Positions 15,281-26,897 of a stretch of 64,000 bases of DNA are shown here, piece by piece. The DNA is from Gammaproteobacteria bacterium (GTDB taxonomy: Bacteria > Pseudomonadota > Gammaproteobacteria > Tenderiales > Tenderiaceae), in assembly GCA_021731365.1 (NCBI GenBank), contig JAKFXL010000017.1:41755-105754 (forward strand). Direction: 5' to 3'. Position 1 is the stretch's first letter. Each line of letters begins with the position of its first letter. Below the pieces are notes generated by a model, which searched no databases, had not been told where the DNA came from, and saw nothing but the letters and a program-made list of their open reading frames with translations. The position numbers and the translations under genes are program-made.

Positions 15281-17187
15281 AGATCGCTTTCGATCCCCTC
15301 CAGCTCCTCACTGGCTTCAAGCCAGTCGCCCTCCACCTGATCAAGTGTTTGGGTGGTCTGAATCTGCTGCGCCAATAGCTCTTTGAGTTTGAGCTTGTGG
15401 GCCTCGCCGTAGATGGCAGGGTCGGCCAGCTGCGATTCAATGGCATCTTTTTGGGTCTGCAACTTCTCCATCTGCTGCTCCAGTTTTTTCACCTTGTCGC
15501 GCAGTGGTTTCAGTTGTAAGCGGCGCTCCGCCTCTAGCCGTTTTTTATCTTTGCGGGCGGCGCTGCTGTTGTCGCCAACACTTTTATCTTCCGCGGGGCT
15601 GGTGCGGTTGGCACCGGTGATGAGCTGGCGATAATCATCGAGGTCGCCGTCGTACTCCTGCACCGCGCCATCCTTCACCAGCAGTAGCGTGTCGCAGACG
15701 TTGCGCAGCAGGTGGCGGTCGTGGGAGATAACCACCAGTGCGCCTTTGTAATCTTGCAGCGCCATGCCGAGCGCTTCACGCATCTCCAGGTCAAGATGGT
15801 TGGTCGGTTCATCGAGCAGCAGCAGATTGGGGCGTTGATAGACCAACAGCGCCAGCGCCAGCCGCGCCTTTTCGCCGCCAGAAAACGGCGCAATAGGCGT
15901 GGTGGCCATGTCGCCATTAAAGGCAAAACCACCGATGAAGCTGCGTAGATCCGCGTCGGTGGCTCGCCCTCCTATAGAAGCGTCTAGCCGCAGCAGATGC
16001 TGCATCGCACTCGCCTCGGGGTCGAGCTGCTCTAGTTGGTGCTGAGCAAAGTAACCGAGCTTCAGATCCTGGGCGCTGTTGAATTCACCACTGAGTGGTT
16101 GGAGCTTGCCGGAGAGCAGTTTGATCAGCGTGGATTTACCCGCGCCGTTGGCGCCGAGCAGGCCGATGCGGTCGCCGCTGCTGATGTGCAGTTTGACGTT
16201 GCTGAGGATCGGCTTGTCGCCGTAACCAATGTTCACCTTGTTCAGTTGCAGCAGTTGGCTGGGCAGTTTTTCCGGGTCACGAAAACTGAAATTAAACGGG
16301 GAGTCGGCGTGCGCGGCAGCGATCAACTCCATACGTTCCAGCGCTTTGATGCGGCTCTGTGCCTGACGCGCCTTGGTGGCCTGGGCGCGAAAACGGTTGA
16401 TGTAACTTTGGATGTGGGCCACTTCGCGTTGCTGGCGTTGATAGGCTGACTGCTGCTGCGCCAGCTTTTCGGCACGGCGTCGCTCAAAGGCGGTGTAGTT
16501 ACCGGTATACATTTCGATCGCCTGCTGTTCGATGTGGGCGATGTGGGTGGTGACGTCGTCAAGAAAATCGCGGTCATGGGAGATCAGCAGCAGCGTGCCG
16601 GGATAACTGGTGAGCCACTGTTGCAGCCAGATCACCGCGTCGAGATCAAGGTGGTTGGTTGGCTCATCGAGCAGCAGCAGTTCCGAACGGCACATCAGCG
16701 CCTGGGCCAGATTAAGGCGCATGCGCCAGCCGCCGGAAAAGCTGCTCACCGGCAACTCCTCCTGCCCCGGCAAAAAGGCCAGACCGCTCAGCAGCTGTGC
16801 CGCCCGGTTGCGCGCCGTGTAACCACCGATGTTCTCCAGCTGCACATGCAGCAGCGCCTGACGGTTGCCGTCGTCATCATGCTCTGCCTGCGCCAGCGCC
16901 GCCTCCACATTGCGCAGCTCCTCATCACCGTCGATCACGTAATCGAGCGCGGATTTGCTCAGCGCCGGGGTCTCCTGCGCCACATGGGCGATGGCCAGAT
17001 TGGGTGGCATCTCAAAGTCGCCGGTGTCGGCGTGCAGCTCTCCGCGCAGCAGCGCAAACAGGCTCGACTTGCCGCAACCATTGACGCCCGTGATACCTAC
17101 CTTCTCACCGCGATGGATGGTGAAGGTGGCGTCCTGAAAGAGAACGCGGCTACCGCGTCGCAGAGTGCATTGTTTGAAGTTCAGCAT
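15277..17187 (-). CDS. ABC-F family ATPase (tandem ABC domains plus C-terminal coiled coil; Uup/YheS-like)
   Basis: 636 aa from Met MLNFKQCTLRR (the upstream in-frame extension to 17310 runs through a REP and is unlikely). Two Walker A motifs (GVNGCGKSS; GANGAGKST), signature LSGGWRMR/FSGGEKAR, and a C-terminal coiled coil. Confidence 0.9.
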   Translation of the reverse strand: MLNFKQCTLRRGSRVLFQDATFTIHRGEKVGITGVNGCGKSSLFALLRGELHADTGDFEMPPNLAIAHVAQETPALSKSALDYVIDGDEELRNVEAALAQAEHDDDGNRQALLHVQLENIGGYTARNRAAQLLSGLAFLPGQEELPVSSFSGGWRMRLNLAQALMCRSELLLLDEPTNHLDLDAVIWLQQWLTSYPGTLLLISHDRDFLDDVTTHIAHIEQQAIEMYTGNYTAFERRRAEKLAQQQSAYQRQQREVAHIQSYINRFRAQATKARQAQSRIKALERMELIAAAHADSPFNFSFRDPEKLPSQLLQLNKVNIGYGDKPILSNVKLHISSGDRIGLLGANGAGKSTLIKLLSGKLQPLSGEFNSAQDLKLGYFAQHQLEQLDPEASAMQHLLRLDASIGGRATDADLRSFIGGFAFNGDMATTPIAPFSGGEKARLALALLVYQRPNLLLLDEPTNHLDLEMREALGMALQDYKGALVVISHDRHLLRNVCDTLLLVKDGAVQEYDGDLDDYRQLITGANRTSPAEDKSVGDNSSAARKDKKRLEAERRLQLKPLRDKVKKLEQQMEKLQTQKDAIESQLADPAIYGEAHKLKLKELLAQQIQTTQTLDQVEGDWLEASEELEGIESDL

Positions 17188-17242
17188 GGGCGCGGAGTTT
17201 ACCACGAAGCTGCTGGCAGGTGACTCCTCTGGAACCCAGTCT

Positions 17243-17920
17243 GTAGGGTGCGCTATGCGCACGCGGGCCAAACCTATACCATTCCACCATGTCTTACTAT
17301 CGCCGCCCACAAACTCCGGGAGCCACCTGGTTCTTCACGGTCAATACCTACCGCCGTCAACCAATTCTTACCCATCCGGATGTAATCACCGCCCTGCGTG
17401 CCGCGATGCAAAATGTCGGTTATCAACACCCCTTCAAAATCGACGCAATGGTGATTCTGCCGGACCATCTACACATCATCTGGACCTTGCCGCCCGGTGA
17501 TACAAACTTCGCCATTCGCTGGAGTCTGATCAAACGACAGGTTTCACAAGCATCACGGCACCTGGTCGGTCAGACGCAAAGCGCCTCAAGGACAAAACGG
17601 CGTGAGATCGATTTTTGGCAAAGACGCTACTGGGAACACCAGATACGCAATGATGCCGATTTCAGTCGCCATGTGGATTACATCCATTACAACCCGGTCA
17701 AACACGGTCACGTTGAACGGCTGATGGATTGGCCCTATTCAACATTTCATCGTTACGTTCGGTTGGGGGTATACCCCGCCGACTGGGCAGGCGGGGGTGT
17801 TGACGCGTTGGTGGATGATCTCGGTGAGTGAATAGATGTTCGAGGTTAGTTTCAGATCGTAGGGTGCGCTGTGCGCACGCGTTTTACCTCCGCAGTCCGC
17901 GTGCGCATGGCGCACCCTAC
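17243..17920 (+). mobile_element. REP-RAYT-REP unit (REP-associated tyrosine transposase flanked by REP palindromes)
   Basis: REP at 17243-17266. RAYT CDS at 17289-17831. REP at 17858-17880 plus an inverted REP at 17899-17920. Confidence 0.8.
17289..17831 (+). CDS. REP-associated tyrosine transposase (IS200/IS605 Y1 TnpA_REP family)
   Basis: 180 aa. HUH motif LPDHLHIIW and catalytic-Tyr region HVDYIHYNPVKHG. Flanked by REPs. Confidence 0.85.
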   Translation: MSYYRRPQTPGATWFFTVNTYRRQPILTHPDVITALRAAMQNVGYQHPFKIDAMVILPDHLHIIWTLPPGDTNFAIRWSLIKRQVSQASRHLVGQTQSASRTKRREIDFWQRRYWEHQIRNDADFSRHVDYIHYNPVKHGHVERLMDWPYSTFHRYVRLGVYPADWAGGGVDALVDDLGE

Positions 17921-17924
17921 AGGG

Positions 17925-17989
17925 CTGAAAGAGAACGCGGCTACCGCGTCTGAGAGTGCTTCAGCATGGGCGCGGAGTTTACCACGAAG
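17925..17989 (-). repeat. duplicated remnant of the ABC-F gene 5' end (copy of 17134..17209)
   Basis: 65 of 76 nt identical. One point difference plus a 12-nt deletion. Includes the ABC-F start codon and first codons. Confidence 0.75.
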
Positions 17990-18200
17990 GCATTGGGGTT
18001 GGCCTGCTTGGAATGGTTGGTGTCTCCGGTGGCGGTTTTTCTCGTTATTTCATTAAAGGGCATGACGCGGGTGACAGAGTATACTTTTGACTCTGGTCTG
18101 ATTTGATGGGGCAGATGATCCAAATGTGCAGGGAGGGATCTCCTTTTGGTGGTGTGCTACAGCAAGGTTTATGAAAGGCCACAGGTCTGAGGGGATTGAA

Positions 18201-19103
18201 ATGGAATTCGAGGAAGTGATTATCAGAGTCTCTTTTCTGGTTGCGCTCTCGCTGTTCGGATATGTGGTGGGGAAACGGCTGGCACTTAACCCTAAAGACA
18301 TTTCATCACTGCTGATCTACTTCATCTCCCCAACAGTGATTTTTATCGCAGTCCTTCAAGCACCCGAAGATGGCCATTACTTTAAGTTCTTTTTGGCAGC
18401 GTATGTGGTGTGTTGCTTTATGTCGGGATTGGCCCTGTGGGTGGGGCGGTTGATCTGGAAAGATAGCCATGCATTTCTATTTGCGTTTTCTGGAGGGACG
18501 GCCAATACCGGCTATTTTGGTCTGCCCATGGCAATTGGGTTGTTTGATAGTGCAGGGGCAGCCATTGCTGTTTTTATTATTCTGGGGGCTAGTCTATATG
18601 AGTTTACAGTGGGCTATTTTCTGGTGTCGCGGGGGAGTGGCACTATAAAAAGCAGTCTTCTGAAAATAGCGAAATTGCCTATTATTTATGCGTTTCTTTT
18701 AGCGGTTATGGTGAGGGCGACAGGAGTAACAATTGATGAAATAGTGGTATCAGGGTTGGAAAATTTTAAGGGGGCGTATACCGTTTTAGGCATGATGGTG
18801 ATAGGCATTACATTGAGTAAGATGCAAACATTTGAGTTTGATGTGAAATATATAACCTATTCAATGTTGTGGAAGTTTCTTGCCTGGCCTGTGATGGGGT
18901 TGATGTTGATAGCTTTTTATCCAGGGGGGATGAGCTCGGTGGAAAAATCTGTGGTTTTGTTGATGTGTTCAGTCCCGATGGCAAGCAATGTGGTGGTTAT
19001 CGCAAATGAGTTGGATGTGCATCCGGAAAAGGCCGCAACGGCGGTGATGATAAGTACTGTTCTGGCGATTATTAGTGTTCCAGTGGCGATTGGGTTTTTA
19101 TAA
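18201..19103 (+). CDS. AEC (auxin-efflux-carrier/malate permease-like) family transporter
   Basis: ~300 aa polytopic membrane protein starting MEFEEVIIRVSFLVALSLFGYVVG with GAGGGG RBS. Lower GC than neighbours. The track ORF begins at 18126, but Met26 with RBS is preferred. Confidence 0.75.
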   Translation: MEFEEVIIRVSFLVALSLFGYVVGKRLALNPKDISSLLIYFISPTVIFIAVLQAPEDGHYFKFFLAAYVVCCFMSGLALWVGRLIWKDSHAFLFAFSGGTANTGYFGLPMAIGLFDSAGAAIAVFIILGASLYEFTVGYFLVSRGSGTIKSSLLKIAKLPIIYAFLLAVMVRATGVTIDEIVVSGLENFKGAYTVLGMMVIGITLSKMQTFEFDVKYITYSMLWKFLAWPVMGLMLIAFYPGGMSSVEKSVVLLMCSVPMASNVVVIANELDVHPEKAATAVMISTVLAIISVPVAIGFL

Positions 19104-19132
19104 GCTGAGGTGTTTGGCGTTGTGAATTTCAG

Positions 19133-20521
19133 TCACTTCGCCGGCGGCAACCCCTTCTCTGCATTAAGAATCCCTTTCGGGTCAAACTGCTGTCTGATTC
19201 TGTGCATCAGGTCGAGGGTGGTGGCGTCGATCTCCCAACTGATAAAGTCGCGTTTCTCCAGCCCCACGCCGTGTTCACCCGAGAGGGTGCCGTTGAGTTT
19301 TAAGACTAATCTGAAGAGATCCCCCAGACAGTGCTCGGCGCGCTGCATCTGCTCGGCATCGTCCGGGTTTACCAGCAGGTTGACGTGGATGTTGCCGTTG
19401 CCGGCGTGGCCGAAGTTGACGATGGTGATGTTGTGCTGCTGGGCCAGCTGTTCCAGTCCGTTGATGAGGGCGGGCAGTTCGGAGACAGGTACCACCACAT
19501 CTTCGTTGATCTTTTTGGGGGCGACGTTACGCAGGGCGGGGGAGAGTGCCTTGCGTGTCTCCCAGAGCCGCGCCACCTCCTCTTTGGTATTGGCCAGGGT
19601 GATGCTGAGCAGGCCATCGTTGCGCGCGGCCTCGGCAACCCGCGTTACTGCGTCATCAAGCCCGGCGCTGGGGCCATCCACCTCGATCATCAGCATCGCC
19701 CCGGCCCCTTGCGGTAGATTTGCCTTTGAGTAGCTGCGGATCATCTCGATGGCCTGGCCATCGATGTACTCCAGGGCGCAGGGGGTGACAGGTTGCGCCA
19801 TGATGCTGGAGACGGCGGCGGCGGCGCTGTTGATGTCGCGATAGACCGCTTGCAGGGTGCGTTTGGCCTCGGGCAGCGGGGTGAGCTTAAGGGTTGCTTC
19901 GGTAATGACGGCGAGTGTGCCTTCGGAGCCGACCAACAGTCGGGTCAAATCGTAACCGACCACGCCTTTGGTGGTGTAGACGCCGGTACGGATTTCGCGG
20001 CCATCACCGGTGACGGCGCGCAGGCCGAGCACGTTGTCGCGGGTGGTGCCGTATTTGACGGCGCGTGGGCCGGCGGAGTTGTAGGCAAGGTTGCCACCGA
20101 CGCTGCAGAAGGCGGCGCTGGTGGGGTCTGGCCCCCAGAAGAAGCCGTGCTGGGCGGCGGCATCCTGGACCTGCTGGTTGGTGACGCCTGGCTCGACCAC
20201 CATGACGCGGTTGGCCGGATCGATCTTGATTATGCGATTGAGCCGCTCCAGCGATAGCACCACACCGCCGTGGATGGGCACGGTGGCACCGGTAGTGCCG
20301 GTACCACGGCCACGGGGGGTGAGTGGGATGGTCAGTGCGTGACAGAGCTGGACGATGCCAACGACCTGTTGATGGGTGGTGGGCAGGACTACTGCTTCGG
20401 GCTGGGCGTGGCGGCGGCTGTTGTCGTAGCCGTAGGGCCAACAGTCGCTGGCAGCGGTGAGCAGCTGATCTGGTTCAACCAGCGTGGCCAGACGGGCAAT
20501 AGTGTCAGCCGCCAGCGCCAT
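19133..20521 (-). CDS. FAD-linked oxidase (GlcD/D-lactate dehydrogenase family)
   Basis: 462 aa. FAD-binding PCMH domain (…VVLPTTHQQVVGIVQLC…RGRGTG…) and C-terminal FAD-oxidase domain (…GTLSGEHGVGLEKR…). Confidence 0.85.
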   Translation of the reverse strand: MALAADTIARLATLVEPDQLLTAASDCWPYGYDNSRRHAQPEAVVLPTTHQQVVGIVQLCHALTIPLTPRGRGTGTTGATVPIHGGVVLSLERLNRIIKIDPANRVMVVEPGVTNQQVQDAAAQHGFFWGPDPTSAAFCSVGGNLAYNSAGPRAVKYGTTRDNVLGLRAVTGDGREIRTGVYTTKGVVGYDLTRLLVGSEGTLAVITEATLKLTPLPEAKRTLQAVYRDINSAAAAVSSIMAQPVTPCALEYIDGQAIEMIRSYSKANLPQGAGAMLMIEVDGPSAGLDDAVTRVAEAARNDGLLSITLANTKEEVARLWETRKALSPALRNVAPKKINEDVVVPVSELPALINGLEQLAQQHNITIVNFGHAGNGNIHVNLLVNPDDAEQMQRAEHCLGDLFRLVLKLNGTLSGEHGVGLEKRDFISWEIDATTLDLMHRIRQQFDPKGILNAEKGLPPAK

Positions 20522-20523
20522 GG

Positions 20524-22093
<1,570 letters not shown>

Positions 22094-22097
<4 letters not shown>

Positions 22098-23956
22098 TGT
22101 ACGCCTCCTGTGGCGTTGGTGTTCTCGTCCAGCATGACCGGTTTGCCATTGCGAAAACGGGCCCACTGTAGCTGACGATGGATGCGGTTGGAGGCGTCCC
22201 GATAGAGATTGCCACTTTCGCCACTCAGCCCGGTTTGAGGGGTGTTGCCAAGGGTGTTGAATTGCTCCGTCAGGCTGTAGGCGTCAATGCCCATGGCGTA
22301 GAGTCGCTTGAAGGGGGCGGCGCTGCCGTGCCAGAGGCTGGTGAAATCTGCCCAGCTGGGGGAGTGTCCCTCGCCATTGGTGAGTGTCCAGGGCATATCA
22401 CAAAAGAGAATGCCATCCAGATCGCGGTCCTGGCTGGCATTGACCTCCCCGCCAAAGGTGTGGGAGGTGCTGTAGATGGGCAGGTCGCCGGCGTAGAAAA
22501 ATTTCAGCTGGGCACGGATCTGGCGGGCCTGGTTGGGAAAGGCGGCAACAAAGACAAAGTCGGGTTTTTTTGCATCGTTAGCACGACCGTTGCTGACCGC
22601 AAGCATGCTTTTGATGGGGGCGGAGAAGTCGTATTGGCTGGCATCATAACGCTGCACCTTGAGCTGCCCGCCGCCCAGCTGCCACCATTTTTGCCCAAAG
22701 ATGGTGGCGATACGGTCACCCCATTCACCGGTGGGGATCATCGCCAGGGCGTTGATATGGCCATCCTGACGGGCACGTTCGGCCACCTGGCTCGCCTCAT
22801 CTTCCGGCAGCAGGCCATACTGGTAGAGGTTTTTGACCGCCACTTTATCGTCGTTGAGATAGTTGAGCGCCAGGGTAGGCACAGCGGGCTGGCCGCTGCT
22901 GTTGATCTGTTCTAACAGGGGTTTGTGCAGTGGCCCAACGATGAAATCCGCACCGTCTGTCAGCGCCTGACGATAGCTCGCCATGCCGGTATTAATATCA
23001 TCGGTGGTATCGTAAACACGAATAGTGGGGCTGTAATCACTGCTGCGTCGGGCGTAGTGGGCGGCCAGAAAACCGTCCCGCACAGCCACGGCCTGATTGC
23101 TGAAACTACCACTGAGTGGTAGCAGCAGGGCGATGTTGTCGGGCAGTTTGGCAATGGCCTCTTTGCTGGCGCTCTGCACCCCTGTGATCAGGGTTTCACT
23201 GGCGGGGTGGCGGGGGTAGCGGCTGCGCCACTCGGAGAGTCGCTGGTTGAGTTGCCGGGGTTGGCTGGCGGCTGTTTTGGCCAGTACGGCCAGCTCAACC
23301 CAACCACTGAAGATGTCGGGGGGTGGCTGTTTACGCAGATTACGTAATGTATTCTCCTGGTATTGGTTGAGCGCGGTCCAGATCTGCAGCTGGCTTTTAC
23401 GGATGGCGGCTTCATCGTGTAAAAACTTGTTCAACGCGACCCAGGCACGGGCTGCTTCGAGGGGGTTGCCGGTCAATGTGTTGGCATCGCCCATCAGCGT
23501 ATACCACTCCTGCTGAAGGTCGGCAGGCGGGGTAATATTGGTCGTGAGCTGCAGCTGCTCCAGGGCTATTCTGGGCTGTCTTTCACTCATGGCAATACGG
23601 GCCTGGATGAGCCGCAGACGCAGATTCTGGTCGGTGGTCAGCTGTTTGCTGTCGAGGGTGGCGATGACGGTTTTGGCGCGGTCGCCATTGTCGCTGCGGC
23701 TCAGCAGGTTGGCCGCCTCCAGCAGATGTCCTTCGCGTGCCGGACTCTGATTACGCAGTGCCAGCTGCTGGTAAGTTTGTGCAGCCCCTAGCAGATTGCC
23801 ACGCCCCTCCAGGGCTTTTGCCTGGGCATAGAGATCGGTGGCGTTGAGCTGGCTGATATCCTTTTCCGGCATATTGCCGCAACCGGCAAACAGGATCAGC
23901 AGAAGTGCCAGTAGCTGGCGGCTGGCAGGGGTACGGGTCATTGGTCTTGTTATCAT
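22094..23956 (-). CDS. lpoA: penicillin-binding protein activator LpoA
   Basis: 620 aa. Lipoprotein signal (LLILFAGCG), N-terminal TPR-like region and C-terminal periplasmic-binding-protein-like domain. Conserved position divergent from rsmI. Confidence 0.85.
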
Positions 23957-24061
23957 GGAGTTATAATACAGTGAACATTGGCGGCGTAAATGCCGGAACG
24001 CGGCAGTATAGCATTTGGCATAATAGCCCGCTCCCCGACTCGAAACCCACAGGATAGCAGC

Positions 24062-24928
24062 ATGGTGCAGTACGGAACACTATATATAGTAGCCACCCCC
24101 ATCGGCAATCTGGGCGACATGACGGCTCGTGCGGTTGTGGTGCTGCAGCAGGTGGCGCTGATCGCCGCTGAAGATACCCGCCACAGCGGCCCGCTGTTAC
24201 AGCACTTTGGCATTACCACCCCCTGCATCGCCTGCCATGACCATAACGAACGTGAGATTGCCGCTGGATTGGTGGCGCGGATCGTGGCGGGTGAATCGAT
24301 AGCGCTGATCAGTGATGCGGGCACGCCACTCATCAGCGACCCCGGCTACCACTTGGTTCGCACAGCCCGCGAGGCGGGTGTATCAGTTGTGCCCGTGCCG
24401 GGGGCCAGCGCCTTAATTGCCGCCCTCTCTGTGTCCGGATTGCCATCAGACCGGTTCAGCTTTGAAGGGTTTCTACCCGCCAAATCTTCTGCTCGGCGGC
24501 AGCGGTTGCAGGCACTGGTCGCTGAGAGTGGCACCCTGATTTTTTATGAATCGACCCACCGCATCGAAGAGTCTCTGGCCGATATGGTGGGTGTTTTTGG
24601 TGCGGATCGTTACGCCGTTATTGCCCGGGAGATCACCAAACGGTTTGAAACCATACACGGCGACACCCTGGAAAACCTTGTCGCTTGGGTCGCCGCAGAC
24701 CCCAACCAGTGCAAGGGTGAGTTTGTGGTGATGGTGCACGGTGCAGCAGCGGTCGAAACCAGGGTGGTGGATGCCGACACCGAGCGGGTATTACGGATAC
24801 TGCTGGAAGAGCTGCCGGTCAAACAGGCCGCCGCCCTGGCGGCCAAAATCACTGGCGCAAAGAAAAATGCGCTGTATCAATTTGCCTTGGCGGCGGCGGG
24901 GCAGGCAGAGGGCAAGGCAGTTGATTAA
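24062..24928 (+). CDS. rsmI: 16S rRNA (cytidine1402-2'-O)-methyltransferase RsmI
   Basis: Start at [21 protein letters not shown]. Tetrapyrrole-methylase fold motifs. Upstream of rnpB-mraZ as in Pseudomonas-type genomes. Confidence 0.9.
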   Translation: MVQYGTLYIVATPIGNLGDMTARAVVVLQQVALIAAEDTRHSGPLLQHFGITTPCIACHDHNEREIAAGLVARIVAGESIALISDAGTPLISDPGYHLVRTAREAGVSVVPVPGASALIAALSVSGLPSDRFSFEGFLPAKSSARRQRLQALVAESGTLIFYESTHRIEESLADMVGVFGADRYAVIAREITKRFETIHGDTLENLVAWVAADPNQCKGEFVVMVHGAAAVETRVVDADTERVLRILLEELPVKQAAALAAKITGAKKNALYQFALAAAGQAEGKAVD

Positions 24929-25024
24929 GGGCGATGAGTGTGGTTAATCTGTTGTGCTGGGTGTGGTGTGGTCCTGGGGAGGGTATCAATAACTGATATT
25001 TTTAAGGGGTATTAGGGAGGGTAT

Positions 25025-26098
25025 ATGAAAAATAATAATGTACGTTATGTGGGGTTTGCGCGGCTGGTTGCGGTGACGCTGGTGGGGATCTCGGCTGTGT
25101 TGGTTAACGCCACAGCCTTGGCGGAGGCGGTAAAACCCAAGGTGGAGGACTATCTGACGCCGAACCGTGAGGATCTGGATCTGTTTGCCCGACCGGCGGA
25201 GGTGCCGCAGGGTAAAAACAACCTCAGTACACCGGCGCGTATTGCGCTTGGTAAACAGCTGTTTTTTGATCCACGTCTGTCAGGGTCTAACTTTATCAGC
25301 TGTGCGACGTGCCACAACCCGGCGCTGGGGTGGTCTGATGGTCAGAAAACGGCGGTGGGGCACGGCATGCAGGCACTAGGGCGTGCCACCCCCACTATAT
25401 TAAATACGGCGTATCAACGTGCCCAGTTCTGGGATGGCCGTGCCAGTACTCTGGAGGAGCAGGCGTTGGGGCCGATTGTGGCGGCAGGTGAGATGAATCA
25501 GCCGCTGGATGAGTTGATTGTTAAGCTGAAGGCGATTCCGGGGTACGTGGAGCTGTTTGCGGCGGCCTATCCCGGCGAGGGCATTGTGGCGGAGACAATT
25601 GCCAAGGCAATTGCTGCCTTTGAGCGTACCGTAATCGCCAGTGAGTCCGACTTTGATCGCTGGCTGGCGGGCAAAAATGCCATGAGCAAAGAGGCGCTGT
25701 GGGGGTTTGTTGTTTTTAAGGGCAAGGGCAACTGTACCGCCTGCCATACAGGCCATAACTTTGCGGATGATAAATTTCATAATATCGGCCTGAAGGAGGT
25801 TGATAATCCGGGGCGCTATGCAATTGAGGCAAAAGAGGCGTTGAAGGGGGCGTTTAAAACCCCCACCCTGCGTGACATAGCCCTGACCGCGCCCTATATG
25901 CATAACGGTGCGTATGCGACCTTGGAGGAGGTGGTTGAGCACTATGATGCCGGTGGTTTTAAAAATGGCGGCGCACCAAGCGAGGATATGAAGCGGTTAA
26001 ATCTCTCCAAGGAGGATAAAAAGGCGTTGGTGGCGTTTATGAAGGCGCTCACAGGGGATCCGGTGGAGGTGACTCTGCCAAGATTGCCGGTTAAATAG
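25025..26098 (+). CDS. di-haem cytochrome c peroxidase (CCP/MauG family)
   Basis: 357 aa with signal peptide. Two CxxCH motifs (CATCH; CTACH) and MHNG. GGGAGGG RBS. Confidence 0.85.
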   Translation: MKNNNVRYVGFARLVAVTLVGISAVLVNATALAEAVKPKVEDYLTPNREDLDLFARPAEVPQGKNNLSTPARIALGKQLFFDPRLSGSNFISCATCHNPALGWSDGQKTAVGHGMQALGRATPTILNTAYQRAQFWDGRASTLEEQALGPIVAAGEMNQPLDELIVKLKAIPGYVELFAAAYPGEGIVAETIAKAIAAFERTVIASESDFDRWLAGKNAMSKEALWGFVVFKGKGNCTACHTGHNFADDKFHNIGLKEVDNPGRYAIEAKEALKGAFKTPTLRDIALTAPYMHNGAYATLEEVVEHYDAGGFKNGGAPSEDMKRLNLSKEDKKALVAFMKALTGDPVEVTLPRLPVK

Positions 26099-26202
26099 TG
26101 TGTAGATGTTAGTCGCCGCGAGAGGGCGGAAGGTTGGGGTGCTTTGCCTGGACGGCCTAAAATATAGACTGGTGCCAGGCCGTTTGTGGGGTATACTCCG
26201 CG

Positions 26203-26565
26203 CCGGAGTTGGCTAAGCAACCGCGGTGTGCCAGATTTAGGTCTGGTGCATGGAGGAAAGTCCGGGCTCCACAGGGCAGGGTGCCAGGTAACGCCTGGGA
26301 GGCGTGAGTCTACGGAAAGTGCAACAGAAAATAAACCGCCTACGTCTCTTTCGGGAGGCCGGTAAGGTTGAAATGGTGCGGTAAGAGCGCACCGCGTCGG
26401 TGGCAACATTCGACGGCTAGGTAAACCCCACCCGGAGCAAGGCCAAATAGGGGAACAATGGCGCTGCCCGCGCTGTTCCCGGGTAGGCTGCTTGAGGTGT
26501 ATGGTGACATACACCCCAGATGAATGGTTGCTCTTGACAGAACCCGGCTTATCGGCCGACTCCTT
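26203..26565 (+). ncRNA. rnpB: RNase P RNA (bacterial type A)
   Basis: Universally conserved blocks are present: GGAGGAAAGTCCGGGCTCCACAGGGCAGGGTGCCAGGTAACGCCTGGG, GTGCAACAGAAAA, AAGGTTGAAATGGTGCGGTAAGAGCGCACC, CAAGGCCAAATAGGGGAA and ACAGAACCCGGCTTATCGG. P1 pairing is CCGGAGTTGGC / GCCGACTCC. TATACT -10 box at 26193. Followed by a terminator. Confidence 0.85.
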
Positions 26566-26578
26566 TTTAAATTTTGAT

Positions 26579-26624
26579 GGCCTTCGTGATCCGTTGTTGG
26601 GGTGACGAAGGCTTTCTTCTTTTG
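26579..26624 (+). terminator. rho-independent terminator of rnpB
   Basis: Stem GGCCTTCGT…ACGAAGGC followed by TTTCTTCTTTT. Confidence 0.6.
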
Positions 26625-26829
26625 CAATCTCTGAAAAAATACCCCTCCAAGTTAAAGTGAAATATGAGGTCGAGTGGACAACTGCATGATTTCACTTCTG
26701 TATTAAAAAAGGTAAATTTTTCAACCTCTCCCCACCTCGTCGTAAATTCGCTAAGTTACTGTAGTAAAAGAAAGAATTCCATTTCAGAAGCTCGATTTCA
26801 CTTGACATCAGGGGGTGATAATTCCTATA

Positions 26830-26871
26830 GTGGTAAAGATGTGGGGAAAAGTGGTCGATAGTGGTTCGTGG
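26830..26871 (+). promoter_or_regulatory. putative MraZ operator: GTGG(N) direct repeats with ~10-bp periodicity in the mra promoter
   Basis: GTGG at 26830, 26841, 26851 and 26861 (with a further copy at 26868). Lies 30-70 bp upstream of the mraZ ATG. A TTGACA-like hexamer at 26802. Confidence 0.5.
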
Positions 26872-26897
26872 AATACGTTAAGGGGTGGATGGATTAG

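Noticed and set aside
17188-17310. N-terminal 41-aa extension of the ABC-F ORF
   Set aside because: The extension reads through a REP element and has no homology. The conserved ABC-F N-terminus starts at MLNFKQ (17187).
17871-18123. Two short ORFs (61 and 60 aa, opposite strands) in the region distal to the RAYT
   Set aside because: They are created by the duplicated fragment of the ABC-F start region and REP sequence. They are remnants, not genes.
19110-19733. 207-aa plus-strand ORF and many other 60-180-aa ORFs antisense to or out of frame within rnd, lpoA, GlcD-like, CCP, dcw genes and secA
   Set aside because: High-GC genomes produce long spurious antisense frames. All are fully contained in well-supported genes and lack homology and RBS.
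25942-26514. 190-aa minus-strand ORF spanning the CCP 3' end and the rnpB region
   Set aside because: The region is explained by RNase P RNA, which has conserved structural blocks. The ORF is Pro/Arg-rich nonsense.
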